DNA of 64,000 bases, from the NCBI GenBank assembly GCA_030390025.1, contig CM059432.1:56236001-56300000 (forward strand). The letters are read 5' to 3'. Below the pieces are notes generated by a model, which was not told where the DNA came from, did no database searches, and saw nothing but the letters and a program-made list of their open reading frames with translations. Of the stretch, positions 1 to 10,534 are shown one piece after another. Each line of letters begins with the position of its first letter. Position 1 is the stretch's first letter. The stretch comes from Squalus acanthias. Its lineage: Eukaryota. The position numbers were made by a program, and so were the translations under genes.

Positions 1-2925
1 TCTAGTAAATCTCCTCTGCACCTTCTCTAAGGCCTTGACATCCTTTCTAAAGTGTGGTGCCGAGAATTGGCCTCAATAATCCAGCAGGGGCCTAACCAGT
101 GTTTTATAAAGGCAGCATAACTTACTTACTTTTCTTCTCTATGCCTGTGTTTATAAAGCCAAGGATCCCGTATGCCTTTTTAACAGCCTTCTCAACTTGT
201 CCTGCCACCTTCAAAGACTTGTGTATGTACACCCCCAGGTCTCTCTGTTCCTGCACCCCCTTTGATATTGCACCATTTGGTTTATATTGCCTCTCCTCAT
301 TCTTACGACCAAAATAAATCACTTCACACTTGTCTGCGTTAACTTTCATCTGCCATGTGTCTCCCCATTTCACCAGTCTGTCCATGTCCTCCTGAGGTCT
401 GTTGCTATCCTCCTCACTGTTCACTACATTTCTGAGTTTCGTGTCATCTGAAAACTTTGAAATGATGCCCTGTATACTCATCCAGGTCATTTAATATATA
501 TCAAAAAGAGTAGTGGCCGCAACACTGACCCCTGGGAGACACCACTGCACAACAACCGTTCACCACTACTTTCTGCTTTCTGTCCCTTAGCCAATTTCAT
601 ATCCATGCAGCCACTGCCCCTTTAGTCCCATGGGCTTCAATTTTGCTAACAAGTAATGTGGTACTTTATCAAAATGTCTTTTGAAAGTCCATATTCACAC
701 ATCAACTGCTCTACCCTCATCCACCATCTCAGTTACTTCATCAAAAGAGCTCAGTCAAGTTAGTCAAACAGTATTTGCCTTCAGCAAATCCGTGCTGACT
801 TTCATTTATTAACTCATATTTTTTCAAGTGCCAGTTAATTTTGAGCCGGATTATTGTGTCTCAAAGTTTCCCCACCACCGATGTTAGGCTGACTGGCATG
901 TAGTTTATCCCTCTCCCTTTTTAAAAAAATGGATTGTAACATTTGCAATCTTCAGTCTCCTGGCACCACCCCATAGCCTTGGAAGATTGTGGCCAGAGCC
1001 TCCGCAATTTCCACCCTTACTTCCCTCAGTAACCAAGGATGCCTTCCTTCTGGAGCGGGTAACTTTTCTAGTTTGAGCGCTGCCAACATTTTAAGTACTT
1101 CCTCTCTATCTATTTTTATCCTATCCAATTTGTCTCCTACCTCCTCCTTTTACTGTGAAGACAGATGCAAAGTACTCAATTAGTACCTAAGCCAAGCCCT
1201 GTGTCTCCACAAGAAGATCTCCTTTTTGGTCCCTAATTGGCCCACCCTTCCTATGACTTTGCTATTTATATGTTTATAAAAGACTTTTGGGTTTCCTTTT
1301 ATGTTAGCCACTAATCTATTCTCATACACTCTCTCTTTGCTCATATTTCCTTTTTTCAGTTCTCCTCTGTACTTTTTGTATTCATCTTGGTTCTCTATTG
1401 AATTATGAACCTGACATTTATCATAAGCTTCCTTATTCTGTTTTATTTTAATCTCTATATCTTTAGTCATCCAAGGAGCTCTAGCTTTGGATACCCTTCC
1501 TTTCCCCTCGTGGTAATATCTAATCTATACATGAACTCTCTCTTTGAAGGCCTCCCATTGCTCATTTACTGTTTTACCTGTCGATCTTTGATTCCAATCC
1601 ACCTGGGTCAGATCCCTTTTCAACTCACTGAAATTAGCTCTTCTCCAGTTGAGTATTTTCATATTTAATTTTTCCTTGTCCTTTTCCATAACTACTCTAA
1701 AGCTAATGATATTGTGGTCGCTGTTTCCCAAATAACACCCCCTCCCACCCCCACTGAAACATACTCCACTTGCCCCACTTCATTCCCCAGAACTAGATCC
1801 AGCATGGCTTCTTTCCTCGTTGGGCTGGAAACATACTGATCAAGAAAGTTCCCTTGTACACATTTCAGGAATTCTTCCCCCCTTTGCCCTTTACAATGTT
1901 ATTTTCCAAGTATATATTAGGATAATTGAAGTCCTCCATTAGGAGTAAATTTGGCCTGCAAATTTGCTCCTCTGTCTCCTTCCCACTATTTGGTGACCTA
2001 TAGTATGCACCCAGCAATGTAATAGTTCCTCTATTGTTCCTTATTTATAACCAAATAGATTCTATCTTTGAACCCTCAAGTACATCATCCCTTTCCAATG
2101 CTGTAACAGTATCTTTGATCAATATGGTCAACCCTCCTATATTTCCTGAATACATTGTAGCCAGGAATATTAAGTGCCCATTCCTACCCATGTTTGAGCC
2201 AGGTCTCTGTTATTGCCACGATATCATAATCCCATGTGGCTACATTCCTGCAGCTCACCAACCTTATTTACCACACTCCGTGCATTTACGCACCTGCACT
2301 CCAAACCCATCTTCAGAACATAAGAACATAAGAATTAAGAGCAGGAGTAGGCCATATGGCCCTTCGAGCCTGCTCCACCATTCAGTACGATCATGGCTGA
2401 ACTTCGACCTCAATTCCACTTTCCCGCCCAATCCCCATATCCCTTGATTCCCCTAAAGTTCATAAATCTATCTATCTTAGTCTGCCTTGCATTCCGCTCA
2501 CCTGTCTGAATCCTCTTTTTTCTGAACTACTCTTTATTCTAATGCTGTTTGTCTCCCCAGTCCTCTATGCACCTTGTATCTACTCTCTAATACTTCATCT
2601 TGGTGCCCTTTCCCTAGCCAAATTAGTTTTAAACCCTCCCCCACAGCACTAGTTAACCTTCCTGTGAGGACATTGGTCCCAGCCCTGTTGAGGTGCAACC
2701 CATCCATCTTGTACAGGTCTCTCCTGCCCCAGAACTGGTCTCAATGCTCCAAGAATCTGAAGCCTTCCCTCCTGCACAATTTCTCCAGCCACGCACTAAC
2801 CTGTCTTATCTTACTGCTCCTATAATCTCTAGCACGTGGCACTGGGAGTAATTCAGAGATTGCTACCTTTTGAGGTCCTGCTCTCCAACTTCCTCCCTAG
2901 CTCCTGAAACTCTGCCTGTAGGACA
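1..2925 (-). mobile_element. Degraded CR1-clade LINE (ORF1 esterase end, APE endonuclease, RT); runs off the window start
   Basis: Minus-strand ORFs 122-490 (SKFSDDTKL...WQMKVNADKCEV), 1180-1470 (NIKGNPKVFYKHIN) and 1525-1731 (GNSDHNIISF). 2620-2925 is the antisense of the ORF1 SGNH-esterase end. Many frameshifts. Confidence 0.9.
2315..2480 (-). mobile_element. Short CR1/HER1 3'-tail insertion inside the older CR1
   Basis: agaacataagaacataag...gcaggagtaggccat...cttcgagcctgctccaccattcag is the reverse complement of the CR1 3' tail seen repeatedly in this window (e.g. 12045-12130). Confidence 0.8.
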
Positions 2926-2954
2926 GTCCATTGCAATATTGTGAGAATACATTT

Positions 2955-3165
2955 TTGGAGGTGCTATGCTTCTGAAGACGTGTTAAAGTAGGCCACTGTC
3001 TACCTATTCTAGATATTAAAGACCCTATGACATTGTTCAAAAAAAAACCTAGCGAATCCTGGTCAACATTGCACCCTCAACCAACACCACCAAAAGCAGA
3101 GTAACTGGACGTTCATCTCATTTCTGTTCGTGGCAGCTTGCCGTGTGCAATATAGTGGTATGTAA
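2955..3165 (+). mobile_element. Degraded Deu-SINE (SacSINE1-like) fragment
   Basis: Loose similarity to the reverse complement of the SINE copies at 3430-3875 and 40540-40876 (ccctcaaccaacaccacc, gcttgccgtgtgcaa). Confidence 0.55.
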
Positions 3166-3429
3166 AAGGTTTTTTATTTAAGTAAGAGTTTTGGCACACA
3201 AGAGACTTTGATCAAAGGAGCTTGTGCTTTATTTAACAATTTTTGCAGTGATATTCCTTGATTTCATTTTGTGTCTGATCAGTCATTAAAATTTGTTCAT
3301 TGTTTCTCCAAATTACATGTTTCAAACTTGAATAATGGCTGTTCAGTAAAATGTAGCCATTAAGTGATATCTGAAATGAAATGACTAGAGCAGTTTAAGA
3401 CCAGGTGGCCAACGTAAACTACATGTAAA

Positions 3430-3875
3430 GAAAGAACTTGCAATTATATAGCGCCTTTCACGATCTCCAGATGTCTAAAAGGACTTTGCAGCCAATTAAG
3501 TACTTAAAAAAAAAAGCAGTCACAGTTGTAACGTAAGGAAGCGTGGCAGATAATTTGCACACAGCAAGGTCCTACAAACAACACTGAAGTGAATGTTTTA
3601 GTTGTGATGGTTGAGGGAAAAATATTAACCAGGATACCGGGAGAACTCTGTTCTTCTTCGAATAGTGCCGTGGGATCTTTTACGACCACCTGAGCGGGCA
3701 GACGGGGCCACAGTTTAATATTTCATCTGAAAGATGATACCTTTGATAATGCAACATTTCCTCAGTACTGCATTGAAGTGCAAGACTGGATTGTGTGATC
3801 AAGTCTCTGGTGTGGGACTTGAACCCACGACCTTCTGACTCGGATAAGAGTGCTACAACTGAACCAAGGCTGACA
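3430..3875 (-). mobile_element. tRNA-derived Deu-domain SINE (SacSINE1-like), full length
   Basis: On the minus strand: tRNA-like head with A box (tggttcagttg) and B box (gggttcaagtcc), central domain shared with 40540-40876, tail gaaaggcgctatataattgcaagttcttt. Family name is from recall. Confidence 0.8.
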
Positions 3876-4025
3876 TCATCAAGGTGACAAAAGTAGTTCA
3901 AAGCCCTAAAACTTTGTGACTGAAGACTGGCCATGGCAGTATTATTGAGGAGGGGAAGAGTCGTGAACTTCAACAATAGTAGAGACCACATGAGAGATGC
4001 TAGAATTCATAACATCGACATGAAG

Positions 4026-4450
4026 GGCAACATGGTGGCATAGTGGTTAGCACTGGTGCCTCACAGCACCAGGGACCCGGGTTCGAATCTGACCTCGGGT
4101 GACTGTCTGTGTGGAGTTTGCACATTCTCCCCGTGTCTGCGTGGGTTTCCTCCGGGTGCTCTGGTTTCCTCCCACAGTCCAAAAATGTGCGGGTTAGGTT
4201 GATTTGGCTATGATAAATTGACCCTTAGTGTTAGGGGGGGATTAAATATGTGGGGTTATGGGGATAGGATGGGATATGTTAGGGGGAATTAAATACGTGG
4301 GGTTACGGGGGTAGGGTGGGATATGTGTACTGTGGGGATTAAAGCAGGGACAGGGTACTGGATTTGGATGATCAGCCATGATCGTATTGAATGGTGGAGC
4401 AGGCTCAATGGGCCGAATGGCCTACTCCTGCTCCTAGATTCTATGTTTCT
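4026..4450 (+). mobile_element. HE1-type V-SINE
   Basis: tRNA head (tggcatagtggttag A box; gggttcgaatc B box), V-domain (ctgtgtggagtttgcacattctccccgtgtctgcgtgggtttcctccggg), CR1/HER1-type tail. Apparent TSD ATGAAG at 4020-4025 and 4451-4456. Confidence 0.88.
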
Positions 4451-4882
4451 ATGAAGATGATATTGTCTGGGCTTTAATGTTTTTTTCTTAGTGAATTTTC
4501 ATTTGGCCTTCTAAATAATGAAACAAAACTTGGTTATCTATACCAGTTTTTGCATGGCATTGAAATTTATTTTTGCAGAAGCTATAGAGAATAGTTGATT
4601 ATCATAGTTCTGGACGGATCCCAGTAAAATAAAAATTGACTCTTCTAATTTCAGTTTACTTCATCTGCGTGTATACAGTTGTATAATTCTTGTTCTTTGA
4701 GTATTCCCATAATAGGTTGAATGTCCAAACACTCTAAAGTTGGAATGTCCTTGTAATGGTTAATTATAAGCAGTGATTGATGGGGATTTTTTTTCTCTTG
4801 AGTGCATAATATACAGCCTTATTAACATTGAAAGGGCAATCATGATTTTTTTTTTCATTAACCAGATTTCAGTTGATGGAGA

Positions 4883-5466
4883 ATGAGTGTTCCTGACTAC
4901 ATGCAGTGTGCCGAGGACCACCAGAGTCTTCTGGTCATTGTCCAACCTGTCGGAATTGTACCAGAAGAGCAGTTCTTCAAGATTTACAAGAAAATTTCTG
5001 CTGCCAATCAGATTAATCTTCGAGATTCTCAACGAGTTCTATATATTCGTTACAGACACCATTACCCACCTGAAAACAATGAATGGGGAGACTTTCAGAC
5101 CCATCGGAAAGTTATAGGGTTGATAGCTATCACACAGTGTTGCAATGCAAAGGACTGGCCACAGACATCAGAGAAATTTCATCTCCAGAAAGAAATTTAT
5201 GGTTCTACACTGTATGATTCACGTTTGTTTGTCTTTGGGCTGCAGGGGGAAATTGCTGAGCAACCTCGCACTGATGTTGCATTTTATCCTAGTTACGATG
5301 AGTGTGAAACCATAGAGAAGAAAGTGGAAGACTTTATCGAATCATTGTTCATTGTTTTGGAATCCAAGCGTCTTGACAGAGCAACAGATAAATCGGGAGA
5401 CAAGATTCAATTACTGTGCGTGCCATTTGAAAAGAAAGATTTTGTAGGCCTAGATACAGACAGCAG
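4883..5466 (+). CDS. TRAPPC9: Trafficking protein particle complex subunit 9 (NIBP), first coding exon (584 nt CDS)
   Basis: [24 protein letters not shown]...[12 protein letters not shown] matches the vertebrate TRAPPC9 N-terminus. Polypyrimidine tract with AG at 4864-65 and 4871-72; donor gtgagt at 5467 (phase 2). Confidence 0.98.
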
Positions 5467-5640
5467 GTGAGTGATAGTTAATACATTGTCGGTAATGTTA
5501 GAGCTCTAGTATGGTTTGCTGTATGGTCTCGGAAATTTTATTTATGGACAAGCAAGGATAGCAGTGAAATGTGCCAAATATTTCCAATGATTTATAATCT
5601 GGCACACGAGAGGAGAGATTTATTTGCTATCCACGACTTG

Positions 5641-6775
5641 CATAAGAACATAAGAAATAGGAGCAGGAGTAGGCCATTCAGCCCCTTGAGCCTGCTCCGC
5701 CATTCAGTAAGATCATGGCTGATCTGATCTTGGCCTCAACTCCAGTTTTCTGCCTGTTCCCCATAACCCTTGACTTCCCTGTAGTTCAAAAATCTGTCTA
5801 TCCCAGCCTTGAATATATTCAATGACTCAGTCTCCACAGCTCTCTGGGGTAGAGAATTCCAAAGATTCACGACCCCCTGAGAGAAGAAATTCCTCCTCAT
5901 CTCCGTCTTAAATGGGTGACCCCTTATTCTGAAACTATGCCCCCTAGTTCTAGATTCCCCCACGAAACAACCTGTCAAGCCCCCTCAGAATCTTAAATGT
6001 TTCAAATAAGATCACCTCTCATTCTTCTAAACTCCACTGAGTATAGGCTCAACCTTTCCTCATAAGACAACCCCTTCATCCCAGGAATCAACCTAGTGAA
6101 CCTTCTCCAATGCAAGTATATCCCTCCTTAAATAAGGAGACCAAAACTGTACGCAGTAGTCTAACCAATGCCCTGTACAGTTGTAGCAAGACTTCCCTAC
6201 TTTTATACTCCATCCCCCTTGCAATAAAGGCCAACATTCCATTTGCCTTCCTAATTACTTGCTGTACCTGCATGCTAACATTTTGTGTTTCATGTACGAG
6301 GACACCCAGATCCCTCTGTACCGCAGCATTCTGTAGTCTCTCTCCATTTAAATAATATTTTGCTTTTCTATTCTTCCTACCAAAGTGGATAACCTCACAT
6401 TTTTCCACATTATACTCCATCTGCCAAATTTTTGCCCACTCACTTAACCTATCAATATCCCTTTGCAGACTCTTTGTGCCCTCCTCACCTTGCTTTCCCA
6501 CCTATCTTTGTATCGTCAGCAAATTTGGCTACAGTACACTCGGTCCCTTCATCCAAGTCATTAATATAGATTGTAAATAGTTGAGGCCCCAGCACTGATC
6601 CCTGTGGCACCCCACTAATTACAGTTTGCCAACCTGAAAATGACCCATTTATCCCGACACTCTTTTCTGTTAGTTAGCCAATTCTCTATCCATGCTAATA
6701 TATTACCCCCAACACCATGAGCTTGTGCAGTAACCTTTTATGTGGCACCTTATCAAATGCCTTTGGAAATCCATT
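5641..6775 (-). mobile_element. 5'-truncated CR1 LINE (RT C-terminus + 3' tail)
   Basis: Tail cataagaacataag at 5641; ORFs 6088-6501 (LQRDIDRLSEWAKIWQMEYN) and 5736-5978 (RTRGHSF...NFFSQ). Confidence 0.92.
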
Positions 6776-7854
6776 ATAGTGCATCTTTACTCTGTTATAT
6801 TGCATGTTTAAAATGTAACTTTTAACACTTTAAAATTGATTTCAATCAGAACTTTAATACTACTTGTTGTTATGTGGGATACTTCTCTCCAGAGGTAGTG
6901 ACTGACATGCTATCTTTTAACCTCTTGATTGAAGATTAAACACTGAAATTTCCAGAATTGTTTCCGATTCGCTAGTGAATTGCAGCTAGAACATCAATCT
7001 TTATGTGCAATATTTGAAATACAAAAATGTCCAAAGACAGTGTAGGTAGAAATGTATTGCTGGCTGCTGTTCTAAAAAGGGGATTTACAGTTCCACACTC
7101 AGTTCCATTCAGCAGGCTGTAGGTGTGGCACTAGTGTGATTGATGCTTTTATGGTGCTTGTACCACAGTTATAAATTGCTCTATATAATTGAAGTTTTAA
7201 CTACAATTTATTTCCATGCAAATGTTACATCTGGCAAGTGTCAATATATCTTGTACTTTTTTATGGACATATCAGTGAAGCTGAAGTTGTATACTAGTTC
7301 CATGAAACTTGGATGAATTAAGTGACATTTGGAAGCCCAAAAGAATATTATAGTTCCATGTCTTTTTTTTTGGGGACAGGGTGAGGTGGGGAGAGAAGTT
7401 GCTGGTGGTAGATGTCATGGTGGATGGCATGATCCTGTCACTGACTTACATGGTTTGAACTAATGATTTTGGGTTTTAGTTTGCTGCAGGCTAAAGGGGA
7501 ATAGCACACCTTGTATGCATATCATAAGATGTTAATGAAGGAGTTTGGAGATCTTGACATTAAGGCTGCATAATCACTAGATATCAGCACTAATAGCCAA
7601 CAGAAGTTACTGGTCCATCATTGGGGAGGGTGGTACATGGAGAGCCCATGTGCATTGATGGGCTTGATTGTTGCATTTTTCACTGATTTTTCTGTTTATG
7701 CCAACATGATGGCACATATGACCAGTATTTCTTGCATTTCATACGTCCACAGATGTTTGAGGTAACTTGTTTATTTAAAAAAACTCACAGGAAGAGTGTA
7801 TGTTGGTATCAAAATGCTCATTCTTGTTCACCACAGCATGTGGTCCATTGCTAA

Positions 7855-9118
7855 ATGGTGCAGTGATACAAGGAGCCATCAGTGGTGTCATCAAGCAACA
7901 CCCACTCACCAATAACCTCGTTGATCATTTCAGGTTCTGCCAGAACCATTTGTCCCCGGACCTCATTGCAGCCTTGTTCCAGAAATGGATTCAAGAGCTG
8001 AATTCCAAAGGAAAGGTGAGAGTAGCTGCCATCGACATCAAGGCAGCATTTGACTGAGTATGGCAGCAAGTACCCCAAGCAAATCAGAGGTGGATGGGGG
8101 TGGGGCATCAAAGAAAAAACCCTCCATTAGTTGGAGTTGTAGGAGAAACAAAAGAAGATTATTGTGATTGTCAGAGGTTAGTCATTGCAGCTCCAGCATA
8201 TCACCATAAGAGTTCCTCAGGGAAGTGTCCTTAGCCCACTCAATTTTCACTGTATTAAGGGCAGGAGTGAGACTGTTTGCTGGTGATTGTACAGTGTTCA
8301 ACTCCATTCATGATTCCTCTGATAATGAAGGAGCCCATGCTAGCTTACAGCAGGACCTGAATAACATCCAGGCTTGGGCTGATAAATGGTGGGTAACATT
8401 TGTGCCACATAACTGCCAGTCAGTGAGATCGAGATCTCCCTTTTAACTTCAATGGCACCACCTTTGCTGTGTTTCCCACCATCAACATATTGGAGGTCAT
8501 CATTGACCAGAAGCTTAACTGGTCCATGGTTACAAGTGGCAGGGCAGAGGCTGGGTACTCTGTAATGAGTAGCTTACCTCCTGACCTCTCAAAGCCACTC
8601 TGCCATCTACAAGGTTCAAGTCAGGAGTGTGATGGAATACCCATTGCTCCCCTGGTTGGGTCCAGCTGCAACAACATTCAAAGCTTGACACCATCCAGGA
8701 TTTAGTTTGCTTAGTGCCCTGTGGCCAGGCGCAATATCCACCCCTTCTGTCACTAGTGCATTGTGGCTGCAGTATGTATGAACCACAGGATGCATTGCAG
8801 CAATGCACCAAGGATATTTTGGCAATACCTCCGTCCCCAGTGTTCTCTACCTTCAATAGAGATGAGCAGTAATGCCATGGGAACAAAGTCCCTCTACGTT
8901 CCCCTTCAAGTTACCATCCTGACTTGGACATAGATTGTCGTTCCTTCATTATTACTGGGTCAATATCCTAGAATTCCCTACCTAACACCATTGTGGGAGT
9001 ACCATCAACATACGGATTGGAGTGGTTCAAGGGGAACGCCCACCATCATTGGGCAACTAGGGCTGGAAAATAACTGTGACCTTGCCAGCGATTGCCCCTA
9101 TCCCAAGAGCAAAAACAA
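7855..9118 (+). mobile_element. Degraded copy of the second LINE family (same as 35150-38232), RT and 3' end
   Basis: Fragments AAIDIKAAFD, LFAGDCTVF...LQQDLNNIQAWADKW, INILEVIIDQKLNW; tail gggcaactagggctgg...ccttgccagcg. Confidence 0.85.
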
Positions 9119-9264
9119 TGTCTAGTAGATATTTCAATCCAATGATTTCATAAACTGCAAGAGTAAATTCAACCAGCTAATCCAAGTTATTTGAGTTTGA
9201 TCACATTACTCCCTGAAAATTGCTGAAATTAGTTTTATAAAGCATACAAAGTAACTTTTTGTGC

Positions 9265-9890
9265 AAGCTTGGTTCAGTAGGGATGGGCAATAAATGCTGG
9301 CCTTTCCAGTGATGCCCACATCCCGTGAATGATTTAAAAAAAAAGTTGTACTTTGACCTTTGAGTCAAAGGTTGTGGGTTTCAGTCTTACTGCAAGATTT
9401 GAGTGCATAATCTAGGCTGACACTTCAGTGCAGTTTCAAAGGAGTGCTGCTAAGTTTGAGTAGCTGTCTTTGAGAAATTAATTTCAGGCCACTTTCAAGT
9501 ATATATCCATGCATCAGTCCTCAGTGAGGAGCTTGTCTCTAATGACCTTATACTTTCTACTTCCTGGCATCGTCCCATTAGCGAAGGGCCCATCCTGATT
9601 CTCTCCAATTGCATTCTTAACCTGTTCGGCTTTAAAACATTGGGACTTTGTTCAGGTGGACATCCAGGTGGCACCATTTGGAATTCTTCATTCAACTAAC
9701 ATCACCAAATCTCTTAACTGGTGATTTATTTCAATTCGTGTTAATAGGATGTTGCTGTGCCCAAATTGGTTGCTGTATTTGCCTATGTAACAGTGACTAC
9801 ACTTGAAGTATTTAATTGGTTATGAAGTACTTTGGGACATCCTGAAAATGTAACCGGCACTAATTTACATGCAAGTTTGTTCCTTTTCTT
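9265..9890 (+). mobile_element. Old Deu-SINE (SacSINE1-like) interrupted by two insertions
   Basis: Head ttggttcagt...gagtcaaaggttgtgggtttcagtc...taatctaggctgacacttcagtgcag, resuming at ~9650 (ttcaggtggaca...cagtgactacacttgaagta...tttgggacatcctga). Inserts at ~9279-9345 and 9491-9649. Confidence 0.75.
9491..9644 (-). pseudogene. Profilin-like coding fragment (about residues 41-91), with one stop
   Basis: My minus-strand translation QCFKAEQVKNAIGENQDGPFANGTMPGSRKYKVIRDKLLTED*CMDIYLK aligns almost without gaps to recalled human PFN1 [51 protein letters not shown]. ACTTT direct repeats flank it. Confidence 0.7.
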
Positions 9891-10534
9891 TTCTAAAAGG
9901 TGAAATTCACTTTCCTCTTTTTTTCTGTGCTTATCCAGGAATGTTGAGTGTTGGAGAATAAAACACTTGCCAATTCCAGGCACAAGGTATCAGCACCTAG
10001 CACTTGGGTCAAATACAAAATAGCTAGCTACAGAGTCGAGCTCTCACAATACCCCAACAATGTCTTGCCTCCAACCTCAGAAGAACATTTCTGTTTTCCA
10101 CGTTGGCCAACCCTGTGATGGCTCTATGAGATTGCTTGTCAGTGCCAAGTTATATCTAGTTTTGTGCTGTTGGCGTGCACTTGCTATGAATTGGGTTCAG
10201 ACTGTTAAAACATATTTCATGTGATGGGTTTTCATACCATATATTTGGACTGGGATTTGAACCAGGTTCAAGAGGCCAAAGGGCAGTGTGGGAACTCATT
10301 GTAGCACTCAATCCCTCTGAGGCACCATCTCTTGAAGACATTTTCTCTTTTTTTTTGACTTTCTCTAAGCTATGCATTATCTGTAGCCAAGAGGTAAATG
10401 TTTCCAGACCTTCATAAATGCTGTGCAATTGGCTACTGTAACATATGAGAGAGTAGTTGAGTGGATTTGGCAAACAGAGAATCCTAACAGTGAAGTTGCT
10501 CTTAGAATTTTGTTGTACAACTGGTACTGTATAT

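Noticed and set aside
4026..4100. tRNA gene (also the heads at ~3800-3875 and 38160-38232)
   Set aside because: A and B boxes are present, but there is no complete cloverleaf and each continues into a SINE or LINE body.
1..4860. TRAPPC9 promoter / non-coding exon 1
   Set aside because: The region is mostly LINE/SINE and AT-rich with no CpG island. Exon 1 probably lies upstream of the window.
4883..5470. 195-aa single-exon gene
   Set aside because: The stop codon lies within the donor gtgagt. This is a TRAPPC9 exon spliced at 5466.
9495..9695. Listed 66-aa ORF (MNEEFQMVPPGC...)
   Set aside because: It spans the SINE/insert junction and resembles nothing I recognise. The informative profilin-like reading is a different frame.
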